A stretch of 64,000 nt of DNA. It comes from Candidatus Latescibacterota bacterium. GTDB taxonomy: Bacteria > Latescibacterota > UBA2968 > UBA8231. Both the position numbers and the translations under genes were made by a program. Under the pieces are notes generated by a model that was not told the DNA's origin, ran no database searches, and worked only from the letters and a program-made list of their open reading frames with translations. The stretch is from NCBI GenBank assembly GCA_965243025.1, contig CBDETY010000003.1:160001-224000 (forward strand), in the 5' to 3' direction. Below are positions 18,026-27,831 of this stretch, one piece after another. Position 1 is the stretch's first letter; every line of letters begins with the position of its first letter.

Positions 18026-18558
18026 GTCCCCGAAGTGAGGAGTTCCGCGACGGTTTCGGGGAAGACGGGCCTCCTTGTTTCGGGGAGGACTTCCCGGATC
18101 TGGGGGCGAGCGGCGGGAGAGGCCCCGTATATGGTGGATGTGGGAAAATCGCCGACAGAAGGTTGTCCGGGCGGGGTGGGAAAGATGTTCCGCCGGGAAA
18201 CGAAATGCTTTCCCCTGGTGGGCCGGGACTCAGGGCGGAACCGGGGACCCGTTTACAGGACTCAGATTGATTCTCAACTCTCGGCTCGGACGTTCCGGAA
18301 GCGGGGGGGCTCTTCGCCGGTATAACTGCTCAAGTCCGGGGGCGGCGGGTCCCGCGCCACACCCCTCGCGCCTTCCCGGCCCCGCCGATGCGAAAGGGCG
18401 TTCCGGGCGCGGTGAGGGTTCCCGTCGGTGAAACAGTTTCGTGAAGTCGGGCCCAGGGCCGCGATTGCGTCCGAAACCTTTCGGCCTGTTTCGCTGCCCG
18501 CCAGGGTAGTTGAGCGTTCCCGGGGTTCAGGCCCGCAGAACAGCGGAATGTCCCTGAT

Positions 18559-19608
18559 TCATCGCGGCCCCGGCTTGCGGTACCACTCGGAGAGGACGGC
18601 CTCCGCCGGCTTTCCGCGCGGGGTGAACCCGGGGTGGGAGGCGCCGCCCCGGTCGAGGTCGCTGAACCACTTCCACCAGTACATCCCGGAAAACCAGGGC
18701 TTGTCCCAAAAGACCCGCAGCACCGCCTCGTAGCATCGGGCCTGGGCCTCGGGGTCGATTTCCGGCTCGAACCGGCGCGGCCACTGCCAGGGCCGCATGC
18801 TCGTGCCCCGGGTGCTCTTGAACCCGACCTCGGTGAACAGCACCGGTTTGCCGGTGCGCTGGTGCAGCAGCGCCAGCTCCCCGGCGACCGAATCGGCTTT
18901 GGCGAACAGCGTCTCCGCCGAGGGGTCGGGGACGTCGCTCAACGGGAAGAAGGCGTTGACGCCGATGTAGTCGAGGGCGTCCCAGAAACCGATGCGGTCG
19001 TATTCCTCCCACCAGTTGGCCGCGTACACCAGGGGCCCGCGGTAGCGCTTGCGGATTTCGGCGACGAGGTCGCGCCAGTCCTGCTCGCGCTCGATGGCGG
19101 TGCGCGCCAGCTCCACCCCGATGCAGAAGATCTCGACGCCTTCGGTTTCAGCGAGGGCGGCGTAATGGAGGAGGAATTTACCGTAGCTGCGGAACCAGGC
19201 TTCCCAGTCCTCCTCGCTGTTCATGGCGATCGTCCCCCGCCAGCGCTCGGCGCTCTGGTGGTGGAGCCAGACGTGAGGTTTGAGAATCACCTTGAAGCCG
19301 AGCTCGCGGGCGCCGGCGATCGCCTGGCGCAGGTGAGCGTCGGGAGGGTCCCCTCCGAACAGGACGTTCGGGTCGTCGACGTCCCGCTGGTACCCGAACG
19401 GGTTGAGGGCGATCCACTCGGCCCCGACCCGCGAGCGCAGGTGTTCGAGCGACCGCCGGGACCGCTCCGACAGGAGGTTGTTGTGGGGGCGGTACAGGTG
19501 CGTGTAGGTGACCCCCTTCTGCCATTCCCGCGCCGGGCTGTCGCCGGCGTCCGCCGGCGTCGGTCCCGGGGCCGGGAACAGCAGAAGAAGGAGGGAAACC
19601 GCCGTCAT
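18559..19608 (-). CDS. Secreted glycoside hydrolase family 113-like TIM-barrel protein
   Basis: Signal peptide; VILKPHVW, IGVEL, YAANW, GVNAFFPL, FTEVGF, YWWKW. Confidence 0.75.
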   Translation of the reverse strand: MTAVSLLLLLFPAPGPTPADAGDSPAREWQKGVTYTHLYRPHNNLLSERSRRSLEHLRSRVGAEWIALNPFGYQRDVDDPNVLFGGDPPDAHLRQAIAGARELGFKVILKPHVWLHHQSAERWRGTIAMNSEEDWEAWFRSYGKFLLHYAALAETEGVEIFCIGVELARTAIEREQDWRDLVAEIRKRYRGPLVYAANWWEEYDRIGFWDALDYIGVNAFFPLSDVPDPSAETLFAKADSVAGELALLHQRTGKPVLFTEVGFKSTRGTSMRPWQWPRRFEPEIDPEAQARCYEAVLRVFWDKPWFSGMYWWKWFSDLDRGGASHPGFTPRGKPAEAVLSEWYRKPGPR

Positions 19609-19835
19609 GGCAGTGGAGTGCCGGCGGCTGAGGACCACGTTCACCTGCGGCCTTTGTGTTATGCAGTTGCCGGCGGAAGCAGGGTTGGCGCAATCAACCG
19701 CCGCCCCGGATCGCGCCGTGGAACGGAGTTCCAATCGGGCCGCCGCATGGTGCAGCGTCCCACGGATAACTTGGAAAACCCCGCCGCAGACGGGATGGAT
19801 CGCCGGAATCGGCAAGGGATTCCTGGGACGCCATA

Positions 19836-21362
19836 CTAAGTCCCCAGCTCCTCGACGCCCCCCCAGTCGCGCAGCCTGGTGAGCGCCTCGGTCCGCAGCG
19901 CCCTGGGCAGGAACCCGGTCAGGCTGCCGTCCGCGCCCACGAGCCCGCGCCCCAGCGCCCAGGGTCCATGCGTGAGCAGGACCTCTCCGGGTTCCACTGT
20001 CCTTCCACCGAGGCCGATCTCACGGCCGGCGAACAGGGCGCGAGCGTCCGCCCACTCCAGGGCCAGCAGGCGGCGCTTCATCCCGTTACCCCAGAGGGTC
20101 GCCGCCTGGTGGGTGAGGTAGGGATGGCCCTTGTGGATGCTGGCCGCCTTCATGCCGCTGCGCACGTAGAAGGGAAGATCCGCGAAGGCCTCCCAGGACC
20201 GGGGCCGCACCTGCAGCTGCCTGGGCCCGGCCGTCAGGGTGCAGTCGCCGGGCAGGGGGGCGCGGAATCCCCAGCGCTCTTCGAGATCCTCGAGCAGGCT
20301 CCTGTCCGCGGTGGATGCAGGCGTGGGCTGGAGGACGCCCGCGTTCCCCTCGACCGCCTTCCATGCGGTCGCCCCGAGCTTGCGGACCCGGGCGACGCAG
20401 GCCCCTTCCGTGTTCTGCCGGTGGGGCCAGACGCGCGCCATGCCGCGAAAGCTGTCGGGGTAGCCCGAAGCCGCGTCCCTGGGGAGCGGGGGGCCGAGGT
20501 CCGGTTCCTCGACCGGGGCCACCTCGGCCTGCTCCGGATAGGTGCGAAGCAGGGCGAGCAGGACCTCCTCGTTTTCCTCGGTGGACAGCGAGCAGGAGGA
20601 GTAGACCAGGGTCCCGCCGGGCCGCAGCATGTGAAAGGCGGCCCGGGCGAGCCCGAGCTGCTGCCCGCTCTTGTTGACGGCGTCTTCGGGGGACCAGTAA
20701 CGCAGCACTCCCTCGTCCTTGCGCAGGATCCCGTCGCCGCTGCAGGGAACGTCGAGGAGGACGCGGTCGAAGCAGTTGTGGAAGTAGCGGGCAAGCACGG
20801 TTCCCGGAGCCTGTGTGAGGACGCAGTTGTGAACCCCGCAGCGCTCGAGATTGCCGGCGAGGGCGGCCAGGCGGCGGCGGTTCGGCTCGTTGGCTACGAG
20901 CAGGCCGCTGTTCTCCATGGCCGCGGCGATCTGGGTCGATTTGCCGCCGGGGGCGGCGGCGAGATCGAGGACGCGCTCACCCGGTTGCGGGTCGAGGACG
21001 GCGACGGCGAGGGTCGCGGCCTTGGCCTGTATGTAAAGGCCGCCGAGGAGATGCTCGAGAGCCGTGCCGAGGCGGTCCTCGCAGCCGTCGAGGGCGAAGA
21101 CGTCCGGCGACCAGGGAACTCCGCTGCCGCTGCCGGCGCAGGCCTGGCGCAGCCGCGGCGCCTGCGGCATCAGGGGGTTGACGCGAACCGAAGGGGGAGC
21201 GGGGAAGCTCATGTGATCGAGGAAGGCGCCGCGCTCCCCCGGGTCGGGCAGGAGGCGCGAGAGGTGCTCGAGCAGAGCGGCGCGCACCTTCCCGGAGGGC
21301 GGTTCTTTGCGCCTTTCCAGGCCTGTGGCGAAATTCAACTCAGCCGCCGATACATCCCGCAT
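19836..21362 (-). CDS. RsmB/RsmF (NOL1/NOP2/Sun) RNA m5C methyltransferase
   Basis: VLDLAAAPGGKS, FDRVLLDVPCSGDG, LVYSSCS...EENE. Confidence 0.88.
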   Translation of the reverse strand: MRDVSAAELNFATGLERRKEPPSGKVRAALLEHLSRLLPDPGERGAFLDHMSFPAPPSVRVNPLMPQAPRLRQACAGSGSGVPWSPDVFALDGCEDRLGTALEHLLGGLYIQAKAATLAVAVLDPQPGERVLDLAAAPGGKSTQIAAAMENSGLLVANEPNRRRLAALAGNLERCGVHNCVLTQAPGTVLARYFHNCFDRVLLDVPCSGDGILRKDEGVLRYWSPEDAVNKSGQQLGLARAAFHMLRPGGTLVYSSCSLSTEENEEVLLALLRTYPEQAEVAPVEEPDLGPPLPRDAASGYPDSFRGMARVWPHRQNTEGACVARVRKLGATAWKAVEGNAGVLQPTPASTADRSLLEDLEERWGFRAPLPGDCTLTAGPRQLQVRPRSWEAFADLPFYVRSGMKAASIHKGHPYLTHQAATLWGNGMKRRLLALEWADARALFAGREIGLGGRTVEPGEVLLTHGPWALGRGLVGADGSLTGFLPRALRTEALTRLRDWGGVEELGT

Positions 21363-21458
21363 GCAACACCAGAACCCTCCCGATTGCCACCTTCCGGATT
21401 GCGCGCCGGAAGGTTCTGCCACCCCAATTTCGAAGCTGCTCCCCGAGGCGGCAAACCG

Positions 21459-22133
21459 ATGACGGCACCGGTTTCCTACGTGGTCAGCGACCTCCACCTG
21501 GGAGACAGGCACTTCTGTCACACCCAGTTCCTCGCCTGGCTCGACGGGCTGCCCGGGGAAGCGGCGCTGATCCTCAACGGGGACATTGTCGACAACCCCG
21601 GCAAACGCCTCTGCGCCGAGCACGACAGCGTCCTGCGGCGCCTGGTCGCCGAGTCGCACAGCCGTCCGGTGGTCTGGGTGCGCGGCAATCACGACCGCGA
21701 TTTCCAGCTGCCGGACCCGGGGGGGATCCGCTTCGAGAACCAGTGGGAGATCGGGCGCCAGCTGCTGGTCGTACACGGCCACGACCTCGACGCGGTGATG
21801 CCCCGCCACCGCCTGTTCAAGGCGCTCTTCAGGCTGTTTCACCGCGCCCTGGTTTTCGCCGGTCTTCCCGATGTCCACGTCGCCCGCTTCGCAAAGAAGT
21901 GGGGGTTCCTCTACGGAGTACTGAACGATCACGTGGCCGAAAAGGCGATCCGCAGGGCGGCTTCGAGCGGCCACCGCGCCGTCACCTGCGGCCATACCCA
22001 CGCGGCAATGGAGGTGCAGCGGGAGGGCCGCCGCTATCTCAACACCGGATCCTGGACCGAGGAGCCGCTCCATTTCCTGTCGGTCGTCGGCGAGCGCATC
22101 GCCCTCGAGGTATTCCCCGGGGCAACCCGGTAA
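21459..22133 (+). CDS. Calcineurin-like metallophosphoesterase (LpxH-like)
   Basis: SDLH, GDIVD, GNHD, HGH, GHTH and NTGSW motifs. Confidence 0.82.
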   Translation: MTAPVSYVVSDLHLGDRHFCHTQFLAWLDGLPGEAALILNGDIVDNPGKRLCAEHDSVLRRLVAESHSRPVVWVRGNHDRDFQLPDPGGIRFENQWEIGRQLLVVHGHDLDAVMPRHRLFKALFRLFHRALVFAGLPDVHVARFAKKWGFLYGVLNDHVAEKAIRRAASSGHRAVTCGHTHAAMEVQREGRRYLNTGSWTEEPLHFLSVVGERIALEVFPGATR

Positions 22134-22140
22134 CGCAGCC

Positions 22141-24564
22141 TTGCCTCTTTCAGAGAGCCTGTTGGACAGCGGTTTCCGGCCCTTGGCCCGGTGCGGGGCA
22201 GGATCCCGGCGGCGCGGCGGTTTCACCAGGGGTCTCCTCTCCTTTGTCGCGGTCCTTCTCGCCACCGGTTCCCGGTCGGCCGCGGCGGAGCCTGCCCTCC
22301 TGTGGCCGCTCGACCTCGATCCGGCCCTCTCCTCGACCTTCGGCGAAACCCGCTCGACCGCGTTTCACGCCGGCATCGATCTGAAAACCTGGGGCCGGAC
22401 CGGGTACGAGGTGCGGGCGGTCGCCTCGGGACACGTAACGCGCCTCCGCACCTCTCCCTGGGGGTTCGGCCGCGCCGTGTATCAGAAGCTTCGCGACGGC
22501 CGCATCGCCGTTTACGCCCACCTCGAGTCGTTCTCGCCGGCCCTGGCGCGAAGGGTGCGGGCGGCGCAGCGGAAAGCCGGCCGCTACACCGTCGATCTCT
22601 GGCTGAAGGAAGGAGAGCTCCCGGTCGCGCGCGGGGAGGTGATCGCCCGCAGCGGCGAAAGCGGCGCGGGGCCGCCCCACCTGCACCTGGAGATCCGCAA
22701 CGCCGGCAACGTCCCGGTCAATCCGCTGCTCCACGACTACTCCGTAACCGACACGAAGGCGCCGACCCTGCAGCGGATCGCACTTGTGCCGATGGACCAC
22801 GCAAGCCGCGTGAACGGACGCCCCCACCCCGTTTCGCTGAAGCTGAGCCCGGACGGAGCGGGGAAATTCTCCGCCCCCGGTCCGGTGAGGGTGCACGGAA
22901 GGATCGGCATCGCCGTCGAGGGGTACGACCGCGCCGACGCGGCCGCCAACAAGCTGGCCCCCCTCGGCAACCGCCTGCTCGTCGACGGGGTCGAGCGGTT
23001 TTCGGCGCGCTACGCTTCGGTCTCCTACTCCGACGGCTACCAGATGCGCCTCGATCGCTTCCGCATCCCTTCCGGAGGGGCCCTGCGCACCTATTTCAAC
23101 CTCTTCCGCCTGCCGGGGAACCGCCTGCCGTTCTACCGCCCGAAGGGGGAAGCTGCCGGGATACTGCTGTGCGGGGGAGAACGGGAAAGCGGTTCGGAGC
23201 AGGTTCTGGAGAAGGGGCCGCACCTGCTCGAAATCGAGTCGGTCGACGCGGCGGGCAACAGGGCCGCGGCGCGTTGCCGGCTGCTGGTCAATGCCGATCC
23301 GGCCATCATCAGCCCCCGACTCATCGTCGCGGATGGAAACCACGTCTTCGCCGAGATGGAGATCGCCGATCCCGATGACGACCGCGTTGCCGTTTCGCTC
23401 TCCCTGGTCGAAGGCGGAAAGGCGCGGCCGGTCGTGCGGCAGGAGGTCCGGGTCGGGCGGGGGCCCTACTCCTTCGCGCTGGAAGAAGGTGGTCCGGGGG
23501 CGGTCTGGGAGCTGGCCGCAAGCGATCCCGGCGGCGGCCGGGATTCCGCGATCCTGACCGCGGCGCCGTCCGCTTCGGCGCGGCTGACAGCGGACCCGGT
23601 CCAGGCCCACGGGGAGTACGTCACCGTGGCTCTAAAAAGCGACGCGCATCTGTCGGGGGCGCCGGCGGTCTCCCTGGAGGTAAAGAGAAGCGGCGCTTCC
23701 CGCCACCCGGTTTCCGGCACCGGGGAGGCGCTGCGCCTGCGGCAGACGGGTCCCCTTGAATTCGAGCTTACCGCGGACCTGCGCGCCCTGCGGGGAGCGG
23801 CGGCCGGGCTCATGGGTGCTCCGGGCCTTTTCGCAGGTCCCGTTCCGCTGCTGGTGGCGGTGCCTGCCCACCGCCCGTCGGCGCGGCTCGAGATCCCGGT
23901 GAATCTGCGCCCCGCGGTTCCGGGGGAAGCGGTGGAGCTGGCGTTCGCCGAGGGAGCGGTTTCCCTCCGCTTTGCGGCGACCAGCGCCTATGGACCTGTC
24001 TATCCCCAGGCCGCCCCGTTCGCCGCGGCCGGATCGAAGGAGCTGGAAAGCACCGGGCCCGGTTATGCCTTCGGACCGGTGCTGGCGAGTTTCGACGGGC
24101 CTGTCGAGGTGACCTTCCGTGTTCCCGGGGATGGCCGCGCCCCCGGCAAGCTCGCCCTCTACAGGCAGAGGAAGGGGGGATGGGGGTTCGCCGGCAACCG
24201 GCTGAGCCGGGGATCGACCCGGATCGGAGCCAGGGTGCGGCACCTCGGGCGGTTCGCCGTGCTCGCCGACGAAACCGCCCCGTCGATTTCCGGGTTGAAA
24301 CCCACCGGCGGGGCGTTGCTGGATCGGAGCCCGGGCCTGGTCTCGGCGAGGGTCGCCGACCACGGATCGGGGATCGGCTCGGAAACCGACCTCGTGATGG
24401 AGCTGGACGGCGCCGGGGTGATTTTCGAATACGATCCGGAGGCGGGCACGCTGCGTTACCGGCCCGGGGCGGACCTGCAGCCGGGGAGGCACGTGCTGCG
24501 GGTCGCCGCCCGCGACCGGTGCGGCAACGAGGCCGAGAAGCGGGCGGAGTTCACCGTGCGCTGA
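22141..24564 (+). CDS. M23 family metallopeptidase with long C-terminal beta-rich extension; start uncertain
   Basis: FGETRSTAFHAGID, VYAHL, SGESGAGPPHLHLEIR. Confidence 0.85.
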   Translation: MPLSESLLDSGFRPLARCGAGSRRRGGFTRGLLSFVAVLLATGSRSAAAEPALLWPLDLDPALSSTFGETRSTAFHAGIDLKTWGRTGYEVRAVASGHVTRLRTSPWGFGRAVYQKLRDGRIAVYAHLESFSPALARRVRAAQRKAGRYTVDLWLKEGELPVARGEVIARSGESGAGPPHLHLEIRNAGNVPVNPLLHDYSVTDTKAPTLQRIALVPMDHASRVNGRPHPVSLKLSPDGAGKFSAPGPVRVHGRIGIAVEGYDRADAAANKLAPLGNRLLVDGVERFSARYASVSYSDGYQMRLDRFRIPSGGALRTYFNLFRLPGNRLPFYRPKGEAAGILLCGGERESGSEQVLEKGPHLLEIESVDAAGNRAAARCRLLVNADPAIISPRLIVADGNHVFAEMEIADPDDDRVAVSLSLVEGGKARPVVRQEVRVGRGPYSFALEEGGPGAVWELAASDPGGGRDSAILTAAPSASARLTADPVQAHGEYVTVALKSDAHLSGAPAVSLEVKRSGASRHPVSGTGEALRLRQTGPLEFELTADLRALRGAAAGLMGAPGLFAGPVPLLVAVPAHRPSARLEIPVNLRPAVPGEAVELAFAEGAVSLRFAATSAYGPVYPQAAPFAAAGSKELESTGPGYAFGPVLASFDGPVEVTFRVPGDGRAPGKLALYRQRKGGWGFAGNRLSRGSTRIGARVRHLGRFAVLADETAPSISGLKPTGGALLDRSPGLVSARVADHGSGIGSETDLVMELDGAGVIFEYDPEAGTLRYRPGADLQPGRHVLRVAARDRCGNEAEKRAEFTVR

Positions 24565-24636
24565 AGCATGCGGCCCCGCTGATCAGTCGCGGAGGTCTGA
24601 CGTTTCCGGTGGAGTCCGGGACAGCAGGGGCGTTTC

Positions 24637-25446
24637 TCAGCCGCCGCCGGGGGGGGCGGCAAGGCGCTTCCTGAGCGACCGCGCCGTCTCCCGGAACAGC
24701 TCGCTGGAAGGGTCGCTGCCGTACGCGGCGGCGAACGGTGTCCCTTCATCGGCGCACCGGCCGATCCGGGGATCGAGAGGCAATTGCGCCAACATGTCGA
24801 TGCCGAAGCTCCCGGCGAGCTTCCTCCCGCCTCCCCGGCCGAACAGATTGGCGCGGTGGCCGCAGCGATCGCAGGCGAACTCGCACATGTTCTCGATGAG
24901 TCCGAGCAGGGGAACGTCGGTCTGGCGAAACATCAGTACCCCGCGGCGCACGTCCTCCAGGGCGATCTCGGAAGGGGTGGTGACGATGACGGCACCGGTG
25001 AGCGGGGCGGACTGGGTCAGGGTGATCTGCACGTCCCCGGTGCCCGGCGGGAGGTCGAGCAGCATGACGTCGATATCCCCCCAGTCGACCTGGAACAGGA
25101 ACTGGTTCATCATTTTCGCCAGCATCGGGCCGCGCCAGATCACGGGAACCCCGGGATCGATCAGCATTCCCATGGAAATGACCTTGATCCCGTGGGCCGT
25201 GAGGGGTCTGATCCGGTTGCTCCCGGGATCGACGGCCGGCCGGCCTTCCAGACCGAGCATTCCCGGGACGTTGGGGCCGTAGATGTCGGAGTCGATCAGC
25301 CCGACCGCGGCTCCATCGGCGGCCATCGAAACGGCGAGGTTGGCGGCGATCGTCGACTTGCCGACGCCCCCCTTGCCGCTCGAAACCGCGACCATATCTT
25401 TCACTCCCGGAATGGGTTGGCGATTGTGAACATGCGCTTGGGTCAT
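24637..25446 (-). CDS. apbC: Mrp/ApbC/NBP35 Fe-S cluster carrier ATPase
   Basis: VSSGKGGVGKST, DIYGP, IWRGPM, DLPPGTGD, ENM..F.CxxC. Confidence 0.9.
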   Translation of the reverse strand: MTQAHVHNRQPIPGVKDMVAVSSGKGGVGKSTIAANLAVSMAADGAAVGLIDSDIYGPNVPGMLGLEGRPAVDPGSNRIRPLTAHGIKVISMGMLIDPGVPVIWRGPMLAKMMNQFLFQVDWGDIDVMLLDLPPGTGDVQITLTQSAPLTGAVIVTTPSEIALEDVRRGVLMFRQTDVPLLGLIENMCEFACDRCGHRANLFGRGGGRKLAGSFGIDMLAQLPLDPRIGRCADEGTPFAAAYGSDPSSELFRETARSLRKRLAAPPGGG

Positions 25447-25485
25447 CTCAATTCAAAGCTCCGAAAGGGGGGTGGAATATCCCCG

Positions 25486-26331
25486 ATGCCAGTACCTACT
25501 GCAACCGCGGCGGTCACCGCCGTCCTCGCCTTCTGCCTGCTGCTTTCCTGCACCAACGTATCACGCATGCACAAGGCGTACGAGGCGGGTGACACGAAGA
25601 AGCTCGACAAGCTGATCGAGATCGTTTCTCGACCCGATTACCCCTACGCGACCCGCCGGAAGGCGGCTGAGGCGCTCGGAGAAATCGGCGAGCCGACAGC
25701 GGTCCCGGCCCTGATCGGGGTGCTTGCGGAGTACGATCAGCGAACCACCCTCAAGACGTCCTCCATGGCCTCCCTCGGGAAGATCGGAGACCGCAGCGCC
25801 GTCAAACCGATCGGGAAGCTGCTCGACCGCTCGCTGAACGACCCCAATGTCGAGGTGCGAATGGCCGCAATCCCGGTGCTGGGGCAGCTCGGAGGAACCC
25901 AGGCCGCCGAAATCCTCGTCAACGCCCTGGTCTACTACGATCTGCTGATGCTGCGGGAGGAACGGCGGTCTCCCAAGGGAGTCTTCACCGGAGACGAGAC
26001 CGACCTGGCGGCCCTGCGCGATTCGCTGCGCGGTCCCATGGAGCTGTTCGGAGATCCCAGTCTCGGCACCGGGCTGTTCGGGGACAGCATGCCGAGGATC
26101 ACGATGTTCGGCACTCCGATGGAGAACCCCGGCCGGGCGGAAGAGACCACTCCGCGCGAGAGGGCCCTCGCGCGCGAATCGCTTGTGACAGTCGGCGAGC
26201 AGGCCCTGCCGGTGATTCAGGGCCACCTCGACAGGAAGAATTCGACGGCGAGCCTGGAGAAGGAACTGCTGGCCATAGTCGAGGAGATCCGGGCGGGCGC
26301 GGAAGGGGGACAACCTTCTCCGGGAAGTTGA
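25486..26331 (+). CDS. HEAT/PBS-repeat lipoprotein
   Basis: LLLSC lipobox; RRKAAEALGEIG, SLGKIG and VRMAAIPVLGQLG repeats. Confidence 0.75.
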   Translation: MPVPTATAAVTAVLAFCLLLSCTNVSRMHKAYEAGDTKKLDKLIEIVSRPDYPYATRRKAAEALGEIGEPTAVPALIGVLAEYDQRTTLKTSSMASLGKIGDRSAVKPIGKLLDRSLNDPNVEVRMAAIPVLGQLGGTQAAEILVNALVYYDLLMLREERRSPKGVFTGDETDLAALRDSLRGPMELFGDPSLGTGLFGDSMPRITMFGTPMENPGRAEETTPRERALARESLVTVGEQALPVIQGHLDRKNSTASLEKELLAIVEEIRAGAEGGQPSPGS

Positions 26332-26356
26332 CAAGGTGCCGGGCCGGCTCTATACT
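26328..26356 (+). promoter_or_regulatory. Sigma-70 promoter
   Basis: TTGACA-17 nt-TATACT. Confidence 0.78.
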
Positions 26357-26436
26357 GCCCGGCCTTTTGCCCGAACCGATCCGTTGCCTGTCATCCTCCG
26401 CCCCGCAGTTTCACCAGACCGAACCCGGATCCGGAA

Positions 26437-27189
26437 GTGATGAAGTACAAGGACATCAGCAGCATACTGGACGCCTGGGGCTACAAGCCGGGAGAGCTCA
26501 TGGTTCGCGCAATAGACGGCGGCGGCCGCAAGCGCAAGATCCAGATTCGCGTCGATCTCGGGCTGATGCAGCTCGAGTGGACGGACCGTCCCGACGGATC
26601 CCGGCCGCACAACAGCCGCTCCCTTCTCAACTACTACCAGAAAAAGCTGCGGGATGCGATAAGGGGGGGAGAAAAACCAGGCTTCTCGCTGTCGCGGGAG
26701 GACTGCTGGGACCTGAGCCGGGAGGCGATCCAGTACTACTGGCGGCGCATCAGTTTTTTCGAGCTCAGGGAATACGAGAGGGCCTGGGAGGACGCCGAGC
26801 ACAATCTCGGGATTCTCGACATGTGCAAGCAGTACGCCGAGCATGACGAGGACCGCCGGATGTCCGATCAGTACCGGGTCTTCGTAACCACCCACCGGAT
26901 CCAGGCCCGCGCCCTTCTCCTCCTCGAAGAAAAGGAGCACGAGGAGGCCTTGGAGGAAATTCGCGGCGGAATCCAGGAAATCGAGCAGCTTCTCGACGGC
27001 CAGGGAGAATCCGGCCCCGAGGAATGCGAGGAGCTGAAGTTTCTCAGGAACTGGGAGAAGGAGGTGGAGGGAAACCGGCCCTTGAGCCGAAGGGAGAAGC
27101 TCGATGCAGATCTCCGGGCAGCGGTCGAGGATGAGAAATTCGAGCTCGCCGCCTCGTTGCGCGACAAGCTTCGCCGCCTTCGGGATTGA
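26437..27189 (+). CDS. Conserved protein with C-terminal UvrB/UvrC (UVR) motif
   Basis: IQIRVDLGLMQLE...RPDG, EAIQYYWRR; C-terminal LRAAVEDEKFELAASLRD. Confidence 0.78.
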   Translation: MMKYKDISSILDAWGYKPGELMVRAIDGGGRKRKIQIRVDLGLMQLEWTDRPDGSRPHNSRSLLNYYQKKLRDAIRGGEKPGFSLSREDCWDLSREAIQYYWRRISFFELREYERAWEDAEHNLGILDMCKQYAEHDEDRRMSDQYRVFVTTHRIQARALLLLEEKEHEEALEEIRGGIQEIEQLLDGQGESGPEECEELKFLRNWEKEVEGNRPLSRREKLDADLRAAVEDEKFELAASLRDKLRRLRD

Positions 27190-27338
27190 GCCCGGAACAG
27201 CAGTGAAACGGATGGATCCGGCCGGACCGGGAAAAACCGGGACTGCCGGAACGCACGAGCGCCCGGCGGATCGCTGGAACGCTCGCCTGCGGTTCACGCC
27301 CCGCGCTGAAGATGCGGGGCTTCCAGGGGGAGAACAGG

Positions 27339-27827
27339 ATGGCTGAAAAAACGGCGCTGAACAAAAAGGAGCGCCTCAAGATGAAGAAGCGGCTTCTGGA
27401 ACGCCGCGCCGATCTGATTGCCGATCTGCAGGGCAACGAGACCGAGATCGACCACCTGCAGGATCCCAAGGCGGACGATCTCGACCGCGCCGTCGAAGCG
27501 GGAACCATGGAGCTGCTGGTCGCCCTGGGGGATACGGAGCGCCGCGAGCTGGAGGAGATCACCCTCGCCCTCGAAAAGCTCGAGACCAACACCTACGGCA
27601 AATGCGAGGCCTGTCTGGAGACTCCCCTGAAGCTGTGCCCGACCTGCCCCCTCATCCCGCCGCTGCGGCTGAACGCCCTGCCGACCGCCCGCCTCTGCGT
27701 CGCCTGCCAGGAAGCCGAAGAGAAGAACCAGATCCCGAACTACACCCGCCTCAGGCCGCGGCGCCTGATCTTCGGCGAGGAGGAGGAATTCTCCCATCCC
27801 CTGATGGATTCGAACGACGACAGCTGA
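27339..27827 (+). CDS. DksA/TraR family C4 zinc-finger protein
   Basis: Coiled coil with DxxDxA tip (DDLDRA), YGKCEAC, RLNALPTARLCVAC. Confidence 0.85.
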   Translation: MAEKTALNKKERLKMKKRLLERRADLIADLQGNETEIDHLQDPKADDLDRAVEAGTMELLVALGDTERRELEEITLALEKLETNTYGKCEACLETPLKLCPTCPLIPPLRLNALPTARLCVACQEAEEKNQIPNYTRLRPRRLIFGEEEEFSHPLMDSNDDS

Positions 27828-27831
27828 GGCC

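Noticed and set aside
17895-18558. RNase P, tmRNA, 6S or SRP RNA in this gap
   Set aside because: Hallmark motifs (GAGGAAAGTCC, tRNA-like ends, SRP loop) were not found on either strand.
17740-18733. Plus-strand ORFs in the ubiX-GH113 gap (e.g. 17936-18325, 18075-18431)
   Set aside because: No recognisable motifs or clear RBS and Arg/Gly/Pro-rich composition typical of spurious frames in GC-rich DNA.
19836-22265. Very long ORF-track entries (809 aa here; also 11256-13325, 27832-30444, 31663-33726, 61208-63610, 61295-63247) as fusion proteins
   Set aside because: Their N-terminal extensions overlap real genes in other frames or strands; true starts were reassigned downstream.
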